Of a DNA stretch of 64,000 nt, positions 24,201-35,907 are shown piece after piece. The stretch spans positions 1-64,000 of the forward strand of contig JAUCBJ010001257.1 of NCBI GenBank assembly GCA_032718475.1, given 5' to 3'. Below the pieces are notes generated by a model. It made no database searches and was not told the DNA's origin. It saw only the letters and a program-made list of their open reading frames with translations. Positions within the stretch are counted from its first letter, which is position 1. Each line of letters starts with the position of its first letter. Source of the DNA: Nemertoderma westbladi (lineage: Eukaryota > Animalia > Xenacoelomorpha). Position numbers and translations under genes: made by a program.

Positions 24201-26921
24201 TAGGGGGCCTGTTATATGAACTAGGGGGCCTGCTATATGATCTAGTGGGCCTGCTATATGAACTAGTGGGCCTGCTATATGAACTAGGGGGCCTGCTATA
24301 TTAACTAGGGGGCCTACTATATTAACTAGGGGGCCTGCTTTATGAACTAGAGGGCCTGTTATATGAACTAGGGGGCCTACTATATTAACTAGTGGGCCTG
24401 CTTTATGAACTAGAGGGCCTGTTATATGAACTAGGGGGCCTACTATATTAACTAGTGGGCCTGCTATATGAACTAGGGGGCCTGCTATATGAACTAGGGG
24501 GCCTGCTATATTAACTAGGGGGCCTGCTATATGAACTAGTGGGCCTGCTATATGAACTAGGGGGCCTGCTATATGAACTAGGGGGCCTGCTATATGAACT
24601 AGGGGGCCTACTATATTAACTAGTGGGCCTGCTATATGAACTAGGGGGCCTGCTATATGAACTAGGGGGCCTGCTATATTAACTAGGGGGCCTGCTATAT
24701 GAACTAGTGGGCCTGCTATATGAACTAGGGGGCCTGCTATATCAACTAGGGGGCCTACTATATTAACTAGTGGGCCTGCTTTATGAACTAGAGGGCCTGT
24801 TATATGAACTAGGGGGCCTACTATATTAACTAGTGGGCCTGCTATATGAACTAGGGGGCCTGCTATATGAACTAGGGGGCCTGCTATATTAACTAGGGGG
24901 CCTGCTATATGAACTAGTGGGCCTGCTATATGAACTAGGGGGCCTGCTATATTAACTAGGGGGCCTACTATATTAACTAGTGGGCCTGCTTTATGAACTA
25001 GAGGGCCTGTTATATGAACTAGGGGGCCTACTATATTAACTAGTGGGCCTGCTTTATGAACTAGGGGGCTGTTATATGAACTAGGGGGCCTGCTATATTA
25101 ACTAGGGGGCCTACTATATTAACTAGTGGGCCTGCTTTATGAACTAGGGGGCCTGCTATATGAACTAGGGGGCCTACTATATTAACTAGGGGGCCTGCTA
25201 TATGAACTAGTGGGCCTACTATATGAACTAGGGGGGCTGCTATATGAACTAGGGGGCCTGTTATATGAACTAGGGGGCCTGCTATATGAACTAGTGGGCC
25301 TGCTATATGAACTAGGGGGCCTGCTATATTAACTAGGGGGCCTGCTATATGAACTAGTGGGCCTACTATATGAACTAGAGGGCCTGCTATATGAACTAGG
25401 GGGCCTGCTATATGAACTAGGGGGCCTGCTATATGAACTAGGGGGCCTGCTATATGAACTAGGGGGCCTGCTATATGAACTAGGGGGCCTGCTATATTAA
25501 CTAGGGGGCCTACTATATTAACTAGTGGGCCTGCTTTATGAACTAGGGGGCCTGCTATATGAACTAGGGGGCCTACTATATTAACTAGGGGGCCTGCTAT
25601 ATGAACTAGGGGGCCTGCTATATGAACTAGGGGGGCCTGCTATATGAACTAGGGGGCCTGCTATATGAACTAGAGGGCCTGTTATATGAACTAGGGGGCC
25701 TGCTATATTAACTAGGGGGCCTGCTATATGAACTAGGGGGCCTACTATATTAACTAGGGGGCCTGCTATATGAACTAGGGGGCCTGCTATATGAACTAGT
25801 GGGCCTGCTTTATGAACTAGGGGGCTGTTATATGAACTAGGGGGCCTGCTATATTAACTAGGGGGCCTACTATATTAACTAGTGGGCCTGCTTTATGAAC
25901 TAGGGGGCCTGCTATATGAACTAGGGGGCCTACTATATTAACTAGGGGGCCTGCTATATGAACTAGTGGGCCTACTATATGAACTAGGGGGGCTGCTATA
26001 TGAACTAGGGGGGCTGTTATATGAACTAGGGGGCCTGCTATATGAACTAGTGGGCCTGCTATATGAACTAGGGGGCCTGCTATATTAACTAGGGGGCCTA
26101 CTATATTAACTAGTGGGCCTGCTTTATGAACTAGAGGGCCTGTTATATGAACTAGGGGGCCTACTATATTAACTAGTGGGCCTGCTATATGAACTAGGGG
26201 GCCTGCTATATTAACTAGGGGGCCTGCTATATGAACTAGGGGGCCTGCTATATGAACTAGGGGGGCCTGCTATATGAACTAGGGGGCCTGCTATATGAAC
26301 TAGGGGACTGATATATGAACTAGTGGGCCTGCTTTATGAACTAGGGGGCCTGTTATATGAACTAGGGGGCCTGCTATATTAACTAGGGGGTCTGCTATAT
26401 GAACTAGGGGGCCTACTATATTAACTAGGGGGCCTGCTATATTAACTAGGGGGCCTGCTATATGAACTAGTGGGCCTGCTTTATGAACTAGGGGGCCTGC
26501 TATATTAACTAGGGGGCCTGCTATATTAACTAGGGGGTCTGCTATATGAACTAGGGGGCCTACTATATTAACTAGGGGGCCTGCTATATTAACTAGGGGG
26601 CCTGCTATATGAACTAGTGGGCCTGCTTTATGAACTAAGGGGCCTGCTATATTAACTAGGGGGCCTGCTATATGAACTAGGGGGCCTACTATATTAACTA
26701 GGGGTCTGCTATATGAACTAGGGGGCCTGCTATATGAACTAGGGGGCCTGCTATATTAACTAGGGGGCCTGCTATATGAACTAGGGGGCCTGCTATATGA
26801 ACTAGGGGGGCCTGCTATATGAACTAGGGGGCCTGCTATATGAACTAGGGGACTGATATATGAACTAGTGGGCCTGCTATATGAACTAGTGGGCCTGCTA
26901 TATGAACTAGGGGGCCTGCTA
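18295..26921. repeat. 21-bp tandem array, ~8.6 kb (~410 copies)
   Basis: Unit CTATATGAACTAGGGGGCCTG with recurring variants (TTAAC, GTGGG, GAGGG, CTAC, GTTA, CTTT). Confidence 0.98.
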
Positions 26922-28305
26922 TTATAATAATACAGCAATAACAATATATATAATATATATTAGGCCTGTACTATTGTAGTACAGTAGGTCAAGTGTCCTT
27001 CAGAACTATACCCACCCCCCCAAAGGATGGACGTAACTAGTAATAATAACACTTTCGTGCAAAAATGAAAACTACCCCACCCCTGCATCTTCTTTACTAC
27101 TGCTTGTTGGCCATAGAAAGGCTAAATTTTCCTTAGTTAGAGTTGGACAATTTTAGGAGACAATCTCATAGCATCTATTAGTGCCGCCAATTCCTGCCCA
27201 GATGCATTGAATAACATTAATATTAAAAGTAATGCCTTTTTAATTTCCACCACTTAAATTACAATCAAACCTCGCATTATTGTGATAAACAGTAAGTTAC
27301 TATGGTAAACACGTCGTTACTATGGTAAACTAAACCGTTGCTGTGGTTGGGAGGGTGATATTATATCATTTCTAAAAAAACGCAAGTCTCCCGTTCTGCA
27401 GAAAAAAGGGTTTTGGTGTAAAAATCAAATGACCACAATACGGATGGTAGGATTTCGCAAGACACTTTTTTAAAACGCTTATAAAAAAAATTTAGAGGCA
27501 AAATCGAAAATTCCGGCTTCATGTGGACATCGACGGTGAGTGGAAATAGTTGTGTTTCAAATTTCAAGCAATATGATAAAGATTGGTAGAAAAATCTGGG
27601 GGTCCGTGTCACCAGAAAATGATAAGCTATTTACGGGTCATGGTGTAATATAGTATTTTACACCTCAGCTCATTAGAACATGCTGCTTCTAGTGTTGGTC
27701 TTTTTATTAACTCCAGAAAGACCAAAATTTTGACAGTTAACTTTGAAAGTCCTCAGCAAGTCTCTGATCGGATGAGCATAAGCTCAAAAGATGGTATGCT
27801 TGAGCATGTGGACGACTTCTGTTACCTGGGATCATGGATCTGGAAGTCAGGTGAGGACCTTCGAATACGTAAGGCAAAGGCATGGGCTGCCTTGAATAGG
27901 CTTTCCAGGATTTGGAAGTCACCGAGAATTAATCGGAAACTTAAGGTCCGGTTATTTAGAGCAGCAGTAGTTCCAGTACTCCTCTTGGGAGTCGATGCTG
28001 GGCTCTAACTGCTGAGGACACCAAATCTCTGGATGGCACATTCACAAGAATGCTACGCCGGGTTCATTGTGTCAAGTACAATGCACACATCTCCAACCAG
28101 ACACTATATAACATTGGAGGTGTCTCATTGGTTCCCCCAAGCTTGACACTAGAACAAAGCCGCCTCCGCTTTGCAGGACATTGCTTTCGCCGTGAGGACC
28201 AGCCAGTGCATAATCTTGTACTTTGGCTCCTCATGGAGTGAATAAGCATGGTGGACAGCCCATGACTTTCTTGAGACGCATCTTAAAGGACACTGGCCTT
28301 GAAGA
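26922..28305 (+). repeat. ~1.4-kb satellite-adjacent module (spacer + hairpin + LINE fragment), copy 1
   Basis: Near-identical reverse complement of 49063-50519. ORF pairs 27361-27612/49766-50017 and 27730-28008/48975-49640 give almost identical translations over the shared part. Confidence 0.95.
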
Positions 28306-28440
28306 TGCGGATGATCTAGCAAATGCCATGGGTGATAGGGAGTTGTGGCGGCGCAATTTTGTCGACAAGCCGGCACAGCATTCTTAAAAATGTAGCTGTA
28401 ATGCAGCATGCCGATACTAGTAGTAATATAGTATTAGTAA
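27670..28440 (+). mobile_element. 5'-truncated RTE-like LINE (end of RT, C-terminus and 3' tail)
   Basis: LEHAASSVGLFINSRKTKIL, VDDFCYLGSWI, KAWAALNRLSRIWKS, LKVRLFRAAVVPVLL, RLRFAGHCFRR and AMGDRELWR. Frameshifted, with a TAGTA-like tail. Confidence 0.9.
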
Positions 28441-28593
28441 CGTCGTGAAAATAATGTTCAATTTAAAAATAAAACTACGTATTGCATGTTAAATAAGTGA
28501 AACATATTTTCACTACTAGGTAGATAAAATATCTCGAGTATAATGAAAATAATGTTAACTACAATATTTACCAGGTAATGAATAGGTATTTAA

Positions 28594-29589
28594 TTATTCA
28601 TCGTTTTCCCTTGTTTGTAAATCAGCATAATTCGGACCAGATGTCTCATATTCCGTAAACCTGTCAGCTAAACTCAACTCGAACTCAACTCCTTTCACGA
28701 TATCGACAACGTAGTTATCCAGGATCGGTTTACAATGCGATATATTATCGGCTATGGCGGCGACAGACCACTGGGTGTATGGCAACGCGTCCTTCACGGC
28801 TAAAGGACCGCAGCGCAGACGCCGCACCTGCGTGCAAACCGCGTGGCTGCGAAGCGATAAACCCACATTGTGGATCATATCCCGCAGAAAATATTGACTC
28901 TCATTGGTAATTTTAACTTCAATCTCAAAATCTGGAGGTTTAAAATCGTTGAGTTTTATGCGAAGGATTAGAGATTGTACCGGTTCGCCTTGTTGTCTGG
29001 ATAATACCGGACGCAGCATACCGGCTGCGGCTCGTTCGTACATCTCCTGCGAGTCTGTAGCCAATCCGCTAGCGCTGGACTTTACCAACACGTTGCGATG
29101 CTGCCCCTCTAGACGAGAGAACATCCGTTCTAGAAGGTCTGCAGTAATGTGACCATAGGTAGACTTCTCGAGTACCTTCCCCTCATCCGTATGGTCATTG
29201 GTGGCCACGCCCAGTCTACCGCGCACTACGTAGACATTCTCCATGTAGGATCCCTCAAGCAGACGGATCTGGGAGCGAGCGGCATTGATTCCAATAACTA
29301 CAACACCACTGGAAGCCGCGTCTAAATGTTTCATAAAGCGGATGAACATTTTTGATTGTTTATATTTTGGGCCGAGTATGAGGGTTCTGTGGCGGTTGGA
29401 CACGGAGTCCGGGAGACAGGCCTCAGTAGGTGACCCAATGACCGTGGAGACATCAACGTTAGGTTCGGAATCAATAAACTGCTGGTTTAATTCTTTAGTT
29501 AATCCGAATTTCAGCTTATCTATTAAAAATCGCGAACCAAAACCTTTGGGTTTATAGATGGCAGCTATTCCATTCAATGACCTCAGCAT
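28594..29589 (-). CDS. TRUB2: Mitochondrial pseudouridine synthase TRUB2, intronless
   Basis: LNGIAAIYKPKG, HLDAASSGVVVIGI (catalytic Asp), GRLGVATNDH..EGKVLEKSTYGHIT, SQEMYERAAAGMLRP, FLRDMIHNVGLSLRSHAVCTQVRRLRCGP. First ATG is at 29589 (the ORF track starts at an upstream TTG). Confidence 0.92.
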   Translation of the reverse strand: MLRSLNGIAAIYKPKGFGSRFLIDKLKFGLTKELNQQFIDSEPNVDVSTVIGSPTEACLPDSVSNRHRTLILGPKYKQSKMFIRFMKHLDAASSGVVVIGINAARSQIRLLEGSYMENVYVVRGRLGVATNDHTDEGKVLEKSTYGHITADLLERMFSRLEGQHRNVLVKSSASGLATDSQEMYERAAAGMLRPVLSRQQGEPVQSLILRIKLNDFKPPDFEIEVKITNESQYFLRDMIHNVGLSLRSHAVCTQVRRLRCGPLAVKDALPYTQWSVAAIADNISHCKPILDNYVVDIVKGVEFELSLADRFTEYETSGPNYADLQTRENDE

Positions 29590-29793
29590 TTCCAAAGTAT
29601 TTAAAAAATAACAATTGCGAAACGTAAGAACTGAAGAGAGCTAATAACACGAATAGTTAAACTTAATCAAAACCTGTCACTAATTTTATGCTAAGACTGC
29701 GATCCTTGCTCAGTATGACTCTATGAGTATCAATCAATATCAAATAGCTAGATAACTGTGTGGGAATTGTTCATTAAACTTAAACTTAAACAA

Positions 29794-30096
29794 CTAGGAG
29801 GTATTGGGTAACAAAGCACCTATTCCAGCTTTCGGCTGAGAGCCACTGGGATCCATCATCGCCATGTGATACTCCTGGAATCTCAAGGAAACACGTCTAG
29901 TCATATCCAAATACTTACTAAGACAGTTTTGTATACACGTATCCTCTTTGCGGGCCACTTCTCTCGTCTTAAAGTTGTCCGCACAATGCAGGAAACATTG
30001 CTCAGAAATCTTGTTGTACGATTTGGCGAACTCGCGAAATGTTTTCGAGTCAATTTCTTCTTTCTGTTGATCCAAACCAGTAATTGGAACTGACAT
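29794..30096 (-). CDS. TIMM9: Mitochondrial intermembrane chaperone Tim9, intronless CDS
   Basis: Twin CX3C (CFLHC...CIQNC) in FREFAKSYNKISEQCF..FKTREV..E..C..CLSKYLDMTRRVSLRFQEY. Confidence 0.95.
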   Translation of the reverse strand: MSVPITGLDQQKEEIDSKTFREFAKSYNKISEQCFLHCADNFKTREVARKEDTCIQNCLSKYLDMTRRVSLRFQEYHMAMMDPSGSQPKAGIGALLPNTS

Positions 30097-31058
30097 ACTC
30101 TGATATTTATTGATAATTTATGACACTATACAACACATACACTATATACACTGTATAAGCAAGCAAATTAAACGTATGGAACTGTCCTGTCTCACTAAGG
30201 CCTTGTCAAGCGTGTGCATCCAGTAATAATAATCTAATCGAATAGTCTATTATATACCGCTGTGCTGCGCAGTACTGGTAGTGTGTGGTACAGTGGTAGG
30301 CCTACTCGCTATGCCATGCACCATGTGCTACGATCATAAATTTACTTCTGTACTTACAGGTAGGGCCTACTGTTTATGCCAGCAGAGTGGTACGGCTGTA
30401 CGGTAGCCTCAAATCAACCTCAAGGAAGATACCCCGGTACGATGCAACCGGTAGCCTAACTGCCTAATCCAGTACCAGTGCGGTAGTCGGTACCCGTAGT
30501 TACCGTACGCCGCGTACGGTACGGTATGCCTAATCGATAAAAATAAAAAATGAATTTAGAGGATTTCTCCAAAAATCCTACAGGCTACAGATATAGGCCT
30601 ACTAACTGACTAATAACAAAATGAATTTACATGGATATAGGAAACGTTTTTAGTTTTTTTGACAATAATTCAATAATGAATGACTGATTTAAACCATCGG
30701 CAGATCGGAAGCTACAAAGCTACTGTAGGTGAAGTACTGAAGTAGAAGCCAGTATCGAATTTCCTGCACCTACCCAAAAGTTAGGTGATATGGTACCGGT
30801 ACCATTCAAGTTGAATTTCCCGCCAATGTCTAAGTTTGTCTTCTCTAGGTGCTTGGCAGGCATTGATTGCACTATGCACAGTGGGTCAGAAACTATGTTT
30901 TGTGGCCAAAATTCATTAATTCGGAAAGTGTTCATGTTTTGAGAACAATTTTTCTCCATTACCGGTTTTCAGGTGTTCTGTATCCTTTGGGAAGGGTTTC
31001 GAGTTATCAATGTTTGCCGCTGTGCCATTTCTTGGCACGTGCCAAAATTAGCATATTT

Positions 31059-31220
31059 ATGACTTTCTTGAGACGCATCTTAAAGGACACTGGCCTTGAA
31101 GATGCGGATGATCTAGCGAATGTCATGGGTGATAGGGAGTTGTGGCGGTGCAATTTTGTCGCTAAGCCGGCACAGCATTCTTAAAAATGCAGCTGCTGCA
31201 CCATGCCGAACCTAGTAGCA
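31059..31220 (+). mobile_element. Short 3'-end copy of the same RTE-like LINE
   Basis: Matches 28262-28420 (ATGACTTTCTTGAGACGC...CAGCATTCTTAAAAATG..ATGCCGA..CTAGTAG). Confidence 0.85.
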
Positions 31221-32556
31221 TATTTGGGAAATACTGTGTGATAAGATAAAGAATGCCAGACGCCGCAGCTTTTGGTTCTAATGAGTTTCCAAGAGTGCTG
31301 ATGCGAATGCAATTAGGAAAGTACTAACAGTGAAATCCTTCAATTTTGGCATTGATACAAATATTTGATGTAATTTATGGTGCTTAGGGTCCATGTGAAG
31401 AATACCAGACTTTCTGCCGTTATAGTTCACTTTGCAGTTACCCCCATGTGAAGAATACCAGGTTTTCATCAAAAACACAGGTTACAGAAGGGCTGAATCT
31501 AACAAAAACAATAAACGAATTAGAATATGCATAGGTTATAAGACAGAAATAAGCACTACAGTATAAACACAAAAGATAAATAAAAAAAAATAAAAATCTT
31601 CATATATACAATTCCAATAAATAGTCGACCGAAAAATGAAATCCTGGTATTCTACACATGGGCGGTACTTAGGGGCAAATTGGGGCAACCCAGTTTAGCT
31701 ATAATTTTATTGTATATACAGTATGTTGATCTTTCATTTGAATGGCAGTATTTAGAACATATATATGTATTTGTAATTAAAATAGTGTGTATTTGATATG
31801 AAATAAGATTCCGGCATGCTCTTGGGAACAAATTAAAAAAAAAAATTCCTTAAAAATTGACTGACTAATCAGATTTTTCAATTTTCATAATAAATTAAAT
31901 TTTGTGTTTATCCAGCTATATTTTCTTCCCAAACATGAAAATTTTGAAATAAAGTATGTTTTCCGAGGTTTTCTGATAAGGCGAATCGAATTCGGTGACA
32001 TTGAAAAAGAGCACATGGATATTTGCCTTTTCTGGCCGCTCTTGGCCCACTGTGCATTGGTCAGTTGATGATGAAATGGAACATCTCTTTAATATCCCCA
32101 AGTGGCGATCGAGGAGTCGTGAATTCGCGGATCGTAAAGCTGTAAATAACTTTGCAACAAATATTCTGTAAGTAGATGCGTATAAGTGCAATGACAGGCC
32201 AGAATACAGATCCAATAAAATTTTCCCATTGCCATTTAAATATTGGCTTTATCTATTTACATTGCCATGTAAAGTTACACTATTGCATTTACATTGTTTG
32301 TGTCTTGTGTGATTCTTTCTATGCAATTTTGTTGCATAGTAGTGCTCTGGTGAAAAAGCTATAAATAGCAATGTAGTTAGAATATTTGGCGAAAGCGAAA
32401 CTAATTCAGTGACACAGACCCACCTCACTCCACGCACCCTCCTAATTATAATTAATGTGTGGGTGAGCAAAAATAGTGGTGTTAATGTTAAACAATTTGT
32501 TTCTAATATAACCTATTGCTTTCTAGAACAATTAAGGTAAGGGGGAGGGGAGGGGA

Positions 32557-32593
32557 GGGGGCGTGGTGTGGTCAATGACCACACCACGCCCCC
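32557..32593. other. Perfect palindrome flanked by G and C tracts
   Basis: GGGGCGTGGTGTGGTCA-A-TGACCACACCACGCCCC, centred on 32575. Confidence 0.85.
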
Positions 32594-33136
32594 CCCCCCC
32601 CCCCCCCCCCCATTGGTCATGTTACTGAAATGCGACACTATTTTCCAGGAGATGGTGTATTACAATGATTATTGATGGATTAAAGAACGCTGATAAGTTG
32701 GTTGACAAATGTAGAAAATTGCGTATCCTAATCATGTAATGAAAATGTCACAATTGAGACACTCATTTATTTAAGCAAACCTCCCTCACTGCCCATAGTA
32801 CGCCACCATACTGTAGTGCTGTAGGCCTACAGATATTTTACTGCCATGAGAGTTGATTTACTCTTGCTGAAGATTGGTAGTAAGCCATTCAAGGAGACGA
32901 TTCGTTAGTAGACGCGGACCTTGCGCGATATCGTGCTTGTTTTTTAACTCTTTCCATTATAGAGTAGGATTACCGATGACGTACTGTAGAATGTTATCCA
33001 CACATAGGCCTACATATGGTTCAAAACTTAACGTAAAATGTCAATGCGCCAAGAGAGAAAAACCACATCTTTTTAGAATTTCTTCCTGTTTCAAAAAAAT
33101 CCACTCCGACCTTCGATTCGGGTTCTCCTTCGGCAT

Positions 33137-33600
33137 TCAGTTGTCTCTAAACGCACAAATTTTCGCCACCTCCCACCTTTTTCAGTTGTCTTTAAACGCA
33201 CCATTTTTCGCCACCTCCCACCTTTTTCAGTTGTCTCTAAACGCACCATTTTTCGCCACCTCCCACCTTTTTCAGTTGTCTTTAAACGCACCATTTTTCG
33301 CCACCTCCCACCTTTTTCAGTTGTCTTTAAACGCACCATTTTTCGCCACCTCCCACCTTTTTCAGTTGTCTCTAAACGCACCATTTTTCGCCACCTCCCA
33401 CCTTTTTCAGTTGTCTTTAAACGCACCATTTTTCGCCACCTCCCACCTTTTTCAGTTGTCTTTAAACGCACCATTTTTCGCCACCTCCCACCTTTTTCAG
33501 TTGTCTCTAAACGCACCATTTTTCGCCACCTCCCACCTTTTTCAGTTGTCTCTAAACGCACCATTTTTCGCCTCCTCCCACCTTTTTCGCGCACCATTTC
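33137..33600. repeat. 45-bp tandem array (~10 copies) just 3' of MGAT4
   Basis: Unit CAGTTGTCTYTAAACGCACCATTTTTCGCCACCTCCCACCTTTTT. Confidence 0.97.
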
Positions 33601-33791
33601 TATTGCACGAAGATCGCAGGTATTCGGGCTGCCTTACTACATTACAGTAGGGCTACATTAATTTGTGCATGCATGCATGCCACTGCCACCATGCGGCCTA
33701 CTCTACTCTATGTAGAAAAAAACACCACAAAATATAAATTAAAATGTCCATATTAATAGAGAGTCTTACTCATTAACGATTTCTGATATTA

Positions 33792-35102
33792 TTAGAAATA
33801 TCTGTCTCTGAGTTCTTGCTTCTTGTTTTTAAGAGACGATACGACTCCCTTGTGTTGGAACAAAGACGGCCGGTGCTTCACAATATCTTCTTGCCCGTGC
33901 ATCTTATAAAATAGCGGAAACAAGAAATCAATAGGCATTTCCTCGTAGAATAAGAGATAGAATAAAGCCATTTCTTTGAGATGTACTGTAGGCACTAATT
34001 TACCAATGTATCCTAATTCACTATATTCGGACATTACCCACGAGGGATCCTCTTTGTTTATTTTTTCAACGTGCTCAGATATGGCTCGAGTGAAATCCTT
34101 CTTAGCCGATACGTCGTCTTCTAATTGGAGATAATACCGACCCAAATCGCTGCAATAACTCATCAGAAAAGAGAAATCCACACATTGTTTGGAACGCCAA
34201 TGAACTCGATCTGGTTTGTCCCCGAAGTTTTGTTTTAGATTCTCTAATTGCGGGTAGTATTGTGGCGGCGCTTCTATAAATCGGAGAAGGCCTGAGTCTA
34301 TGTGGTTCCGGAACCGCGGAACTTCATGGTTCGCAATGCTCGCCCGTTTACTCGCTTCCGTATCTGCGAGGAACACAACGATGACAACGCTGTTCTGATG
34401 TTCAGTCGATATGTTATCGATAACCGATTGGATTGTTGTTCCCAAGTAACTCGCACCGGGGCGGTATACTGTTGGGATACCAATAACGAGAAATATATCT
34501 GGTTTATTCTGAATTGTCAAGTCAAAGTTATCAATAGGTTTAATTAAGCGTCCGTGATTTGTTGGGTCATTTTTACGAATTATAATAGGAATGTCGTTTT
34601 TGGGGATGGTGTTCAAACCCTTGTCACTTTTCAGGACATTATTCAGTAATTGTAATTTTGGAATTTGAATTCGGTCCATGCAGTATCGATCTTTGTTCAA
34701 AATATCGGCAACACGTTTTATGTCTTCCTTTGAAGATGAGTTTTCCGGCCAATCAAAATAATCAGCATTATTACAAAACGATTCCAAATTAATCTTCTGA
34801 TTAATGATGTTCTCAATGTTAAGTTTTTCCCCGGGGGAATTATGAAAAATATCCGAACAGTCAATCAGCCCAACCAATTGTCCCTGTAGAATTATGAGAG
34901 ATACTTGTAATGACTTTATCTCAGTGATAAGTTCAACGTTCACCGAATGTTCGGTCGCCTGGTAATATTCAAGCCCCAGCAACAACCATATACTAAACGA
35001 GAAACTGCACAATAGGGAAAGCAGCAATATCCTGCTATCCCTGACACAATTTTGCAGTGTTCGATACGCAAATGTCGACAACACGCGTAATAAGGAGTCC
35101 AT
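33792..35102 (-). CDS. Alpha-1,3-mannosyl-glycoprotein 4-beta-GlcNAc-transferase (GT54/MGAT4 family, MGAT4C-like), intronless
   Basis: N-terminal TM and stem, then LVIGIPTVYRPGASYL, NFGDKPDRVHWRSKQCVDFSFL, YYLQLEDDV, LGYIGKL, FYEEMPIDFL and PSLFQHKGVVSSL. Confidence 0.9.
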   Translation of the reverse strand: MDSLLRVLSTFAYRTLQNCVRDSRILLLSLLCSFSFSIWLLLGLEYYQATEHSVNVELITEIKSLQVSLIILQGQLVGLIDCSDIFHNSPGEKLNIENIINQKINLESFCNNADYFDWPENSSSKEDIKRVADILNKDRYCMDRIQIPKLQLLNNVLKSDKGLNTIPKNDIPIIIRKNDPTNHGRLIKPIDNFDLTIQNKPDIFLVIGIPTVYRPGASYLGTTIQSVIDNISTEHQNSVVIVVFLADTEASKRASIANHEVPRFRNHIDSGLLRFIEAPPQYYPQLENLKQNFGDKPDRVHWRSKQCVDFSFLMSYCSDLGRYYLQLEDDVSAKKDFTRAISEHVEKINKEDPSWVMSEYSELGYIGKLVPTVHLKEMALFYLLFYEEMPIDFLFPLFYKMHGQEDIVKHRPSLFQHKGVVSSLKNKKQELRDRYF

Positions 35103-35907
35103 ATTTTTTAATAAATTTTTTAGTTACATCTGACTGTTTTAGTAAAATAATGTCTATAATTTTATAGAAAAATAATAAAAATAAAATTAATCACGAAAAT
35201 GTACGTTCATGGTCTGCAATATCTAAAATATCCCCTCTGATACAGTTTATTTTGCTGTAGAGATCAGATTAACTGTAGAGGAATATTAATTGTTTGAATG
35301 ATGTACAGTACCTATGATATTATGTGTAGTTCCTTCCACCTACCTATAATACATAACATAACCAACGCAGATCTAATAACCGCTCGCTTATACTGTACAG
35401 TATGTGTACAGTGTAGGTCTTACGGACAGTATCCAGTGAATCCATAATCAATCGATTGTTTTATAGCTAGCGTAGGCTAGTGTTATTGTAGCAGGATTCA
35501 ATGTTGGGTAGATTCATATCACACTAAACATAATTTAACTAATCAAAATTCAACTCAACAGCTATTATAACCTCAATAATTTTGAGGGTAAGTGACGATA
35601 TTCCAGTTTTTTATCTTAATAAAAATTCGCAAAATTCAAAAATGTCTTAACAACGCTAGATGCCATTTACTCTATTTAATAAATTAACAATGTTCTGGAA
35701 CATTTAGTTTAAGTATGAATAGCTTTTTTTTTATCAATAACTATACATATATCATAAATCAACATTAATTTACGTATTTAATATTTTAAGAGTTTCTAAT
35801 ATGCATGTTATTATTATTTAGATACCGGAAATGCTTTTTTTAACAAAATATACATTACATATAATATTCGCTGTAATTATTACGGACAATATTTAAGTTT
35901 ACGAAAT

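Noticed and set aside
27361-27612. Duplicated 83-aa ORF (also 49766-50017)
   Set aside because: GTG start inside a duplicated AT-rich repeat; conservation reflects recent duplication.
32874-33650. 258-aa and 168-aa ORFs
   Set aside because: Produced by the 45-bp array; no recognisable domain.
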